A DNA stretch of 62,022 nucleotides, counting the filler, from Choristocarpus tenellus KU-1152 (taxonomy: Eukaryota; Protista; Phaeophyceae): NCBI GenBank assembly GCA_964200185.2. It is 8 parts of 8 records of this genome, joined end to end, with 100 filler letters (N's around TTAATTAATTAA, not from the genome) between each part and the next. Parts side by side here need not be neighbours in the genome. Positions count along the whole stretch, not along the records: positions 36,905 to 51,311 come from CAXNAD020001200.1; positions 51,412 to 54,787 come from CAXNAD020020448.1; positions 54,888 to 62,022 come from CAXNAD020006632.1; 5 more parts are not named here. One strand, given 5' to 3'. Shown one piece after another: positions 50,631 through 61,411 of this stretch. Position numbers and translations under genes: made by a program. The notes under the pieces are model-generated. The model was not told where the DNA came from. It was given only the letters and a program-made list of their open reading frames with translations, and did no database searches. Each line of letters begins with the position of its first letter. Within the stretch, counting starts at the first letter, position 1.

Positions 50631-51311
50631 GTGAGGTCCTGAAGATGGAATCTTGCTTGTCAGAAAGTGGTTTGTGTTTTGCGCTATTTACACTTTGTGT
50701 GATGGTGAACGGTACAATTGGTATTGTACTTTTGTGAAGTACATACAAGAAGAGGTTAGAGGACATAATACAGGAGAAAGAGTCATTTTTCAGTACAATA
50801 TAGAGAGTAGTTGAGAGTCAACAGTCAAAAGGAATAATTAATTGCCACTGGTTGCTGACAATGTATTTAAGTAAAGATTGTCCTCATGGACAAGAGCAGC
50901 TCACTTAGTTCTGAGGAGTGGATAATATTATACCCTAACCAACCTTCCGAAGAGCACTGGGATCACCATCATTACTTTAACATTGCTCAAGGTCATGATA
51001 CAAGGTCAGGGTTGACAGCTTTGTTTGGTTATAAATCAGAAGCTCAAGATAAGAGGACTTGACACAAAAATAAATTCCATTAAAAAACAAATTATACCTC
51101 AAATTTAAACAAAGGTTTGCCTATGCCGCCAGTGTGATGGTACACCTATGTGCATGGCACCGCTGTCAAAGACTACTGAGCACTACACTGACAGCTGTCT
51201 TTTCGCAACGGATTCCCCAAGTCCCACTACTGCTGCCTGTCCCCCAAAGCCTCCAAGTTAACCCCCCCTTTTCCCCCGTCTGGCTCCCAACCCCCCCCCC
51301 CCCCCCTCCCC

Positions 51312-51411
51312 NNNNNNNNNNNNNNNNNNNNNNNNNNNNNNNNNNNNNNNNNNNNTTAATTAATTAANNNNNNNNNNNNNNNNNNNNNNNNNNNNNNNNN
51401 NNNNNNNNNNN
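51312..51411. other. Artificial contig linker
   Basis: Same 100-nt spacer. Confidence 0.98.
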
Positions 51412-52725
51412 AAGGGAGTTTACGCCTTGCTGCCATTTTCGTAGAGTTGACTTCGACGGGGCAGTAACGCCCACCTTCGCAATGGGCAGAAAACGGAAAA
51501 CATTATGCACCCAGCCAGCGAGGATGAGGCATCGTTATTACCACGCCAACGCGGTATATATGTGTGTGTGTGTGGGGGGGGGGTTTCAGGCAACACCGTC
51601 GATAAAACAATCAAGAAATAAATTTTATTGCACATCTGCGGTTAACCACACATACATACTACATGGTCACCCGAAGATCAATAAGTTGGTTGACAGGGTA
51701 TCTAAACACGGGATAACTATCTCAACTTAGGTTGAATAGTTCGACACAGGGATATCTCGCAACAGCTGTAACCCAACTAGAGGAGGAGTAGAGTGCGATC
51801 ATCCCACCAATGTCGACAACTCTCTCACCTTCTGGTACATTTTGTGGATATCTCCTAGTGACACTTCTTTCTTCTTCCTCTGTCGCTTGATAGCTTCTTG
51901 GAGCTTGTGCTAAAAATATATCTTATCGTATAACGTGTGCTCAACCACACTCTCTGTCGCGTTGTTGAACACAATAAGCATAGCGGTGCAGTGGGCGAAC
52001 GGGACAAGGGTTAGGTGGGGAGCGATCACGGGACACACGCGGCCTGCGGCACCGAGAAACATGTTGCTGTAGACAGGAATACCACGAGGGATAAAAAAGA
52101 TGAGCAACGAAAGATCCACAATGGGCTGACTGACAATAAACAGAGCAAGGGAAACTCGACAACAACTTCGTATATCAGAATAGTCATCAGGCGATCACGG
52201 AACAACGAAAACACTACATTACTTCGGTGCTTGGTTGATCAGAACGGTCAGGCGATTATGGAACAATGAAAACAGTCCATCACCCACCATTGGCAATTAG
52301 CCTCTCTTTCGATTGCTCGAACTCCATGTAGATCCGCATGGTGAAGCATGCTCTGGATCAAACACTCTCTTCAGCACAGTTACTCTATGGTTTCCGTCCA
52401 ATACACGCCCTTCAATGGCAAGCGCTGTTTCGGGGCTTAGCTCATCCATATTACCTAAAGATTCTCGCTCGATGACAACACTTGGAGCAAACTGATCCAG
52501 CCAGCCTTTCTCCTTTATAGACTTATGAACGCGCGCAAGGCCAAGCTCGCTTAAGGGACGCACCATATATGTGCATGTGATGTGTCCTAGTTTCATCTTG
52601 TATGACCCCAGATAATGTTCATCCAATAGCTGGGACATGCCAATAGGGGGTAGGTCCCGCGTTCTGGATTCCAAACTTTTCCCATCGGCGGGCGGGTGGG
52701 TTGTTGTTCTTGAAATGTTCGACAT
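51412..52725 (-). pseudogene. Spliced ParB/Sulfiredoxin-like domain + HTH gene, truncated by contig end
   Basis: VRPLSELGLARVHKSIKEKGW...PSVV...RVLDGNHRVTVLK; frameshift at ~52347 then ERLIAN|GT; exon 2 FNNATESVVEHTLYDKI...MYQK|GTGAGA; exon 3 VGVTAPSKSTLRKW. Confidence 0.72.
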
Positions 52726-53102
52726 GGCAAAGATTGGGTTAGTGTGATGGGGATGGGTAAGTAAGAGTTCTGCTTGGTATCTACGGAAGGGAAAGAATTG
52801 AAATTAGGACGGAGGGATGGGAGGTGCTGTTTTATGTCATCTGACCTTTCGATCCTCAAAACTCAGATTGCACATTTTTTATGAGAATTGCGTTACAAAA
52901 ATACGAATATCAAACAGGATAGGATTTCATATTGAACTGGGACAGAGGGTGTCTGTATTTTCGTGACCTTTTCGGCCTATCACGTTTTGAACGTATGAGA
53001 CCAATGAAGGATGTGGTTTGTATCTGTATGTATTGGTGTAAAGATTAGAATACCATTCTACTTTTGGAAAAACCCTACCGCACATGTTCTGAGTGTTCAA
53101 CG

Positions 53103-53132
53103 GTATTCCTGGTTACCAGCAACCAGGAATAC
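53103..53132. repeat. Perfect 12-bp inverted repeat
   Basis: GTATTCCTGGTT-accagc-AACCAGGAATAC. Confidence 0.9.
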
Positions 53133-53357
53133 GATAGATACGCTTTTTTATGTTATCTAGTGTTTATTTAAACCCTAAAGACGCCAAGAAGTGGATTTAA
53201 GGTTTATTTAAATAGTTGATACCAGTTGGAATGGCTTCTTAGGTTTTCTGAAATTGGAAACGTGTGAGATCCCTAAAGTGCGTTCTTGGTATTAAAAAAA
53301 ACCCTAAGCACAGTTTTCAGTGGATTTAGTATTTAAAAAAACCCTAACGCACGTGTA

Positions 53358-53412
53358 AAGTGACTCTTAGAAAAAAAGTGGTTTGTAACCACCTTTTCTC
53401 TAAGAGTCACTT
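53358..53412. repeat. 55-bp near-perfect palindrome
   Basis: AAGTGACTCTTAGA-aaaaaa-GTGGTT-tgt-AACCAC-cttttc-TCTAAGAGTCACTT. Confidence 0.9.
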
Positions 53413-53447
53413 ATTATCGACTTGTACGTTTATGACAATTGCTATGT

Positions 53448-54223
53448 GATTCAAAGTATCTTAGAGGTTAGGGTCGAGTCTGAGTGAAAGTATCTTAGAG
53501 GGTACGCGTTTTGCCCTATTTCTCCAGTTGAGGCTTGGCTTCCCGTGGGGTTTTTTGTGACACTTTCCTACTCCAAAATGTTTTGGGGTAGTAGGTAAAA
53601 TGTAAGTGTTATGAAAAGCTGTGTCCAGAACATGGACATTGATACTTCCTAACAAATAAGATGACCAAAATTATGTCCAAAACACACTGTTGGATTTTGG
53701 CCCCCAAACGGACGCAACTCTACCCTCTAAGATACTTTGGCTCTCTGTTTGTTGTCTGTTTGGGGCAAAATCCAATGTTGCGATTTTGATTAAATTTTGA
53801 CTGTTGTGTATGTTAGGAAGTGTCAATGTCCATGTTCCATACACACCTTTTCATAACATAAATATTTCACCTACTCTAAAATATTTCGGAGCAGTAGGAA
53901 AATGTGTTTTAATAAAACGTGGGAAGCCAAGCCCCAAACGGACAAACAGGGCAAAAATCGTACCCTCTAAGATACTTTGGCTCTCTGTTGTTTGTTGTCT
54001 TTTTGGGGCAAATTTAAATGTTGCGATTTTGATCAAATTTTGGCTGTTGTGTATGTTAGGGAGTGTCAATATCCTTTTTCCATACACACCTTTTCATAAC
54101 ATAAATATTTCACCTACTCTAAAATATTTCGGAGTAGGAAAATGTCTTTTAAAAAAAAGTGTGAGGCCAAGCCCCAAACGGACAAACAGGGCTAAAAACG
54201 TACCCTCTAAGATAATTTCACTC
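53448..54223 (+). mobile_element. Compound family A MITE: outer copy, nested inverted copy and tandem duplication
   Basis: Outer left TIR at 53448; inverted copy at 53482-53743; two tandem bodies at ~53753-53983 and ~53996-54223. Confidence 0.9.
53482..53743 (-). mobile_element. MITE family A nested copy
   Basis: Full TIRs; flanks TCT/TCT. Confidence 0.92.
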
Positions 54224-54319
54224 ATCATGTCCGATTCGTTAAGTTTTTGTACTTCAAATACATAGAGGGTTGGGGTTGTTTTTTGTCTAACCCTGGTTAC
54301 TGTAAATTGGAAACATACA

Positions 54320-54710
54320 AGATAAATTAAGTATGTAATTGATATCTTGAAAAATACAAATCACTACTGATATAATTATATTTTGTAGAAATAATCTGAT
54401 TTGCAATTTATGAAAGACGTAATGCACGGATTTTCAGGATTGGTGGGATCTCAGGGTGGTCCCACCGATCGCCCGAGGATGAAATAAAGTTGATTTAGGA
54501 ACATTGGAAATGTACGATAACAATTAATTATGTGATAGGTATCTTAAAATATTCTAATCACTGATATAATTGGATTTAAAAAAAAATAGAAAACACGAAT
54601 AAAATCTGATTTACAACTTCTGAAAAATGTAATGCACGGATTTTCAGGATCGGTGGGATCGAAAGAAGGGTGGTCACACCGATCCTGAAAAGGATAAAGC
54701 AAAGTTCATA
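54320..54710 (+). repeat. Two diverged ~210-bp tandem units, each with a GC-rich hairpin
   Basis: GTAATGCACGGATTTTCAGGAT at 54419 and 54629; TTTTCAGGATCGGTG (54641) pairs with CACCGATCCTGAAAA (ends 54691). Confidence 0.85.
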
Positions 54711-54787
54711 CGCTCGTCTTCGAATCTAATAATTCCTACACCTTCTCACTACCCAAGACCGCCTGTTGCTCGAAAAGACCATGCCAG

Positions 54788-54887
54788 NNNNNNNNNNNNN
54801 NNNNNNNNNNNNNNNNNNNNNNNNNNNNNNNTTAATTAATTAANNNNNNNNNNNNNNNNNNNNNNNNNNNNNNNNNNNNNNNNNNNN
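54788..54887. other. Artificial contig linker
   Basis: Same 100-nt spacer. Confidence 0.98.
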
Positions 54888-56213
54888 GTGCCCTCCACAA
54901 GCACCGAAATATTTTTGACCAAAAATATATCCCATTCGTAGCGGGGCCCTTCAAAAGTGCCGCAACATTTCCAAAAAAAAACATATGGGCACTTTTCGCG
55001 CACCATTCCGGGTCTCGCTCATCCTCCATAAAAAGCTCCATCCTCAATTTTGGTGATCAGCTGTTTAATAAACTGATGCGTGAAACCTCATTATTCAACC
55101 GACCACTATCCAATGAAGACATTAGTTTGAAAACCAGACACATCCAACATCTATATATGTACGTGTGTGGTATCACCGTCTTCAAAGTCCACCTATTATG
55201 GTCATTTTGTATAGCATCGTTTTCCAAACCTGAACGTCAATGTCGCCTTGTCACATTTCCTCCGAAATCCTCCAGAATAAATGTTTTGAAAATGGAATTT
55301 AGCTTACGCTTCACAGGTATATAGTGCCCTCCAAAGAAGTAATGGAAAACCTGACTCCATCCGACTTTTTTTAAATGTCAATATGCTGCATCGTTTCCAA
55401 ACCCTTCGTATAATTGTCATTCTCTCACACTTTCACTGAACTCATACTCCAAAAACATGTTCCACATGGAAACATCAACCAAAATATTTGCCTCCCGTCA
55501 TCTCCTCTTCTCCAGAGAAGCCATAAAACAAAAACGAAACAAAAAGGCTGAGGCACAATCGCCAGTCAGACCTCAAAATGTATTCTCTCATTCATTGCTT
55601 AACATTGTCCAATCACATGACAGTATGTTCAAGATCACCATGAGCAACAAACTAACAGGTCGATTCAACAATGCTATAGCGAGGCCTGGCATTGAGTCCC
55701 ACTACCAAGTATCATAGCAGGCAAACAAAACTACATACGCAACAGCAAGCAAGTCAGCATCTATTGTGCAATAATCAATGTTCCATCCTTCCTACTGTGA
55801 ATGCAGTACTGGTCAGTTGTGAGCCAACACGAGCGTTCACTAACTGTTTATTGCTCAGCACGAGTTGCCTCGCTGTAATACAAATACCACAAAAGATGTC
55901 ACCTATACTAGCATGCCTTTCCAAACTCGCCTTGCCTTTTCTACCTCATCCCTCACTATCTATGGCATGCGAGCAATGTTAGCTACAAAGATGTGCTTGG
56001 GTGGCTCCAGAAGCATAATGTGCACCAGAGTGTATACCGGATGTGCCCTACTTTTCTTAGTGCACTCATTTGGCAGCGTTTTAGACAAATCAGTAACATT
56101 ATTCTTTTTCCACACACCTTCACCCTCGTCGTCTTCTGACAATAGAGTGAACACAGACATGTCCACCAAGGATGTGCGTTGTACTCATAGCTTCATGTCT
56201 AAAGAACTCATGA

Positions 56214-56489
56214 GAGTCAAAGAATCTTAGAGGGTAGAGCCACGTCCATTTGGGGACCATAATCCAATGTTGTAATTTTGATGTTATCTTGGCTATAGAT
56301 CATGTTTGTTACGAGATGTCAATATCTTTGTTCTGGACACTCCTTTTCATAGCGTATACATTTTACCTATTCCGAAACATTTTGGAGTAACGTTTTGGAG
56401 TAGGTAAAATGTCATGAAAAACCCGTGGGAAGCCAAACCCTAAATGGACAAACAGGGCAAAACTCGTACCCTCTAAGATGCTTTCACTC
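56214..56489 (+). mobile_element. MITE family A copy
   Basis: TSD ATGA/ATGA. Confidence 0.96.
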
Positions 56490-56679
56490 ATGAAGTGGAA
56501 GATTGGACATATCCGACTTTTGAAATGTATGCATGTAGCATCATCTTCCAACCTTGGGTGTAATTGTAATTCTGTCATACCCATACCAAGCTTGTCGTTT
56601 GAAATGTTTAGATCAGCACAGACATGGAAACCAACTCCGACTTTCTTCATATGACTTTGTTGATCTACTCTTGATCCAA

Positions 56680-56937
56680 GAGTGAAAGGATCTTAGAGGG
56701 TACGAGTTTTGCCCTATTTGTCCATTGGGGGCTTGACTTCCCTCGGGGGTTTTATGACATTTTTCGACTCCAAAATAGTTCGGAGTAGGTAAAATGTATA
56801 CACTATGAAAAGGTGTGTCCTGAACAAGGATATTGACACTTCCTAACATATACGATAGTCAAAATTACAGTAAAATCACAACATTGGATTTTGGCCCCCA
56901 AATGGACGTGACTCTACCCTCTAAGATACTTTGACTC
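56680..56937 (-). mobile_element. MITE family A copy
   Basis: TSD CCAA/CCAA. Confidence 0.96.
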
Positions 56938-58189
56938 CCAACCTCCTATTATTGGGTTTTCTCTTTGTTGGTGTCCTCTTTTGTAGGGGCAGGTGGTTCT
57001 AGCAATGTTGCCTACAAGGGATACTTTCCTGTCAAGGAAGCGGCACAGTTGAACACAAGTTCTAAGCCTCAGCTCACACGATGGACACTACTTTGTCCAA
57101 TATTGAACTGGAGGTAGAAATCTATCTTGAGCAATGTCAAGGAATCGAAAGCAGCTCTAGGAACCTTCCAACTCTATGATGTACCTACGTTGAGGATGTT
57201 GCAGGTACAGAGGATTGTGTTGCTCCAGGAAACAAGGCCAGGACAGGGACCTGAGTTGTGGGAGGTGGCTGTTAGGACACCGACATGGAAGGAAGAGATG
57301 TGACTCATGGCTAATCCGCAATATAGGAGAGCACAGTAAGAACGCCCCACCTCATGGTATGACAAGGACAGCAGAGAGCAGAAAGGATAATGAGCCAAAT
57401 CAATTGAGAGGAAGGCAGATTTGGACCCTTTTGCATCCTAAGCCATCTTTCTTACCCTGGGCAATACATTCTGTCTCATTCCTATATGTACACGAAAGTG
57501 TACACAAAATTGATATTCCCCCTTTCCATACTCAAAGTGACACCAAAATTGATCAAGGGCTCTTTCTGCAATTGTACAAAAAGACACCTTTTTTGTAGCC
57601 ATTTCTGGAGATCCATAAAATGCAACCCTACCTACCTCTCAATTGGTGTGGCTCTTACAAGACAAGGAAGAGGAAGAAGGCGGGAACTAAGCTGGGTGGC
57701 ACCTCCTCCAAGAAACCCAGGGTTCCATACCAGTTGCCAGCGACTTGGCCCAGAATGGGGGGTAAACAGTACTAGGAGCAAGGCGGTGGTTGACAAGTGT
57801 TCACAGCAAATGGGAAAATCACTTCAACCAAGGAACTTGTCAGTCCCCCTGTGTTGGAGAATTTAAAAGTATTTGGTGCTGCTAATGGTGGTCTTGAAGA
57901 CGATATTGAGATGGAATCTTCACAACCTTCAAGTTCCATACCAGCGCAAGTGCAGATTCAGCGAATAATGGTAGTGACATCAGCAACAACGAGACAAAAC
58001 AAAAGGAAGGTGCTCGGAGTTTCCAAATCCTTCATGGATGAGTGTGTGACAACTCTCAAAAATGATAACGAAAGTGTAGTAAAAGGGAAGGTGGAGGCAC
58101 TGAAACCAAGGCCACTCTCAGACCCGTCAACAAAACTATCGTTTTGCTCTTGGTGGTGTGTGAATTGCATTTTGCTGCCATAACTCGGG

Positions 58190-59290
58190 ATGTGCGATAG
58201 AGAACATTAGGGTAATCTACGGCAAGTTAGAGTGCACAGGCACAGCAAGAGAGCTCTTCCCTGGCACAAATAATCACTGAGTGTACCAGAGCCTCAGGCA
58301 GGATACACTTGGGTCAAACTGGATAGCAATTTTATGAGTTCAAGGAACTGCTTCGCATGAAGGCCGTGTCTGCCTTAGATGTGGAACCATATGCAAACTC
58401 CCGATATATAGGTTCCTCTGGTAGGGTCTGGATCCCTCAGGGGGTACATGTCTGACAGGGGAGGAGAAGCGGGAGTGTGGCACAACTCCATTCTTCTTTC
58501 CATGCAATTGACCTTGCGTTAAAGTCAAGGTGTTGTATTGAGATACCTGACCTACATACAAACTATACTATTATAATAGGACTCAAACTCCAATAAACTC
58601 TCCAAGAGAAAAAAAAAGAAGCAGGTCTACAGAACCAACCAGTACTGCTCTTGAAGTAGCATGGCAAGAGGTGGAATGTAGAGATATAGGACAGGACTCA
58701 AAATTCAAACAACTCGGAAAGAGGAACAACAGCTCTATAAACTCGGTAGGTTTGTAAGGGCAATAATTACTTGATTATATACAAAACCGCGTGCGTGAGA
58801 GGAACTTAGAGAGCTGGTTCTGGTAAGCTATTCTCTATATTGATGGAACCAGTAATGCACAAGCGCAGCTGAGTCTACGCATGAAGACAAGTACTGGTAC
58901 TGATAACGTGGACATAGACAATGGATTGGACGGACAGGAAGTACATGTGAGAGATCTGGAACTGGTAATGTCTACTTGTTTAGTATACGATACATTACAC
59001 GAAAGAGTCTGTACTTGCGACATACAACGTACAGACAGATGGACGGGCAGGAAATACTTTACTTTACGCAGTACATATGTGAGAGGGACCCAACTAGCAA
59101 TCTTTGATTCAGGGAATAATACTCCTTGAAATACCGTTTGTGTGCCATGCGTGCCCCTGCATATCCAACCTGACAGATTGTGTGAAGGGAGGAAAGCATT
59201 CCGACTTTCTGGATACAGAAGAGATGAAGTGATCTGATGGGTGGTGAAAAGTGAAGGTATTTCAAACTGAATTTGAAGCATAGGCATTTG
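58190..59290 (-). pseudogene. hAT transposase relic
   Basis: SKIASWV...LRKVK..LPVHLSVRCMSQVQTL (cf. CxAHxLNL); HG..KQFLELIKL...VYPA (cf. FPELxKLA...PA). Confidence 0.4.
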
Positions 59291-60875
59291 TAATCGCTAT
59301 TGTGCCTTTCAAGAAGGTGCTTCATATGTTGGTTTTTGCGCTTTTCTGTAAAGCCCAAGAACTGAATATAGAGTGGTTTAGAATAGTACATTGAGAGCTT
59401 CTATAGGTATTGAGAGGATATGTTTTGCAATGACATACTACAGTAGAATATACACGTACTCTACAGATGTGCAATGCGTGGTGATGTTCAAGGAATCAAC
59501 ATACAATATTTGTATGTGGTGTAAAACCAGAGGAGAAATACCTCCTCCACTTGTATACTTGAAGCAACTTCTACTTCATAGTGGCTATTGCTTGAAGATT
59601 TAGGTTTAGCAGACAGTTGTCAAGCCCTAGTACTTTCCGAAGAATAGATGTTAGCAACATTTTAAGCCTAATTCAGACATGGAAGCTAAGGGTGTGCTCA
59701 AAAATGTGTACAGTCTTCCACGAACTCTTTCATTGGTGAACTACATTATTTTCATGCATACACGAACACATGTACCCGTTCGTACAAAATGCACCCCTAC
59801 TTGTGCACTCTAGAGCCTTCCCTCTCATCCTCCGTCAAGTCACCATCCTGTATCCGCTCCTCAATACACATCACCAACACATCAAACTGTGTCATAATTC
59901 GTAAGGATGATGCACACACAAAATGAGCACTAATTTAAAGTGGCAAAACACACCCACTAACCCTAAGCACAAAATCACTCACACAGAAGAAGAGACTTTA
60001 AGGAGAGGATAATGTCATCATATAAAACGTAATACATTGGGTGCCAAGGTACAGCACTGTCAAAGCTACCTCGGCAAAAAAAATCATTCCCACTAAGTGA
60101 AACGATATACCACCCCAACCATACTCCTATCTAGGATCATTTTAATCTTAACCATGGGCCATCTACAGGTTTTGGTGTAGGAAAGACAAAGGCTGGTGCC
60201 CATGTGTTGATGGTTATTGCTTTGTGCAGTACTGCTTGTGTCTGGGTCCGCACCACCAATATAAGTCCTTCCCACTTCACTTTGTGCCTCAAGGTGGAGC
60301 TTAAACATAGGTCTACTTCAACTATGCGTTTGCACTGCCGCCTCCCCCTCTGTTTTCTTGAGCCGTTCCCTCAGTGCACTTATTCGTTGGATCATAAGTT
60401 GGGTGTCCTGGTGTGTGAGCAGGGAGTTGTTTTTTCGTGCACATGAGAAATAATCAGTTAGTTGCATGTGCTTGAATCTGGCCAGGCCTTGATGTAACCA
60501 ATTGGACAGTGTGGAAAAGTTATGTTACTGGTGTACCCCACCCTGAGCTTAACACGGAACTTTGTGGTGGAAAATGGATGGATGAGCGGAGGATACCCTA
60601 TGAGAAGGATATGCCCAAGTCCTTGAAGAAGAAACAGCTGCAGGATTACCAAGTAGGTCCTCCAGAGTATTAATGTTGTCTGGATATGCACTCTCCCCAC
60701 GAGCATGGTCTGTGCAACAAAATCTGATACAATCCTTCTGAGAAGTCCAAGAGTCTCATTTGCTTAGATGTAGAGAACGGCACAACATAATTGCAATTTC
60801 AATTAAATGCAAAAAGAGTTATGAATCTGTGTATATCACTACAATGTTGAAGAGCTACATCTGCATCTCTGAAAG

Positions 60876-61411
60876 GAGTCAAAGTATCTTAGAGGGTAGA
60901 GTCACGTCCATTTGGGAGCCAGAATCCGATGTCGCGATTTTTATATTGTTTTGGCCCTCGTGTTTGTTAGGAAGTGTCAATATCCTTGAGCCAAAGTATC
61001 TTTGAGGGTAGAGCCGCGTCCATTTGGGGGTCTAAATCCAATGTTGCGATTTTGATATAATTTTGGCTATCGTATTTGCTAGCAAGTGCCAACACTCATG
61101 TTCCGGACACACCTTTTCACAACTTCTACACTTTACCTACTTCAAAATATTTCGGGGTAGGAAAATGTCATAAAAAAAACCATGGGAAGCCAAGCCCCAA
61201 ACGGACTAACAGGGAAAAACTCGTACCCTAACCCTAAGATACTTTCACTCCTTGTTCCGGACATATACATGATACCTACTCCAAAATGTACACATTTTAC
61301 CTACTTTGAAACGTTTCGGAATAGGAAAATGTCATTAAAAAAAAAAGTGAGAAGCAAAGCCCCAAATGGACAAACAAGGCAAAACTCGTACCCTCTAAGA
61401 TACCTTCACTC
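60876..61411 (+). mobile_element. MITE family A outer copy
   Basis: TSD AAAG/AAAG; split by a nested copy. Confidence 0.95.
60988..61250 (+). mobile_element. MITE family A nested copy
   Basis: Inserted in consensus TATCCTTGTTCC, duplicating CTT; right TIR reads TACCCTAACCCTAAGATAC. Confidence 0.95.

Larger units (their letters stand above)
55700..57900 (+). pseudogene. hAT transposase relic interrupted by two MITEs
   Basis: TGCALL...DKSVTLFFFHTPSP...HSFMSKELM|K (frame restored on removing the MITE)...KCMHVASSSN, then TRW, and VHSKW...ENLKVF of the dimerisation domain. Confidence 0.65.

Noticed and set aside
53358-53425. Canonical Helitron 3' end
   Set aside because: The hairpin is far longer than typical and is followed by CTTG rather than CTRR; no Rep/Hel remnants seen.
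53448-54223. CRISPR-like array of TACCCTCTAAGATACTTT repeats
   Set aside because: The intervening sequences are ~240-bp homologous MITE bodies, not unique spacers, and there are no cas genes.
53461-54265. ORFs such as MLGSVNVHVPYTPFHN, also at 56613 and 16869
   Set aside because: They are translations of the non-coding MITE, and the frames are not conserved between copies.
3648-54887. Recurring TTAATTAATTAA as a biological motif, and ORFs ending in X...LIN
   Set aside because: It is always embedded in identical N runs, so it is an assembly linker.
55960-56169. HIMLLEPP as a DPPY-type methyltransferase motif
   Set aside because: It lacks the Asp and the aromatic residue, and it is the antisense of the plus-strand hAT relic.
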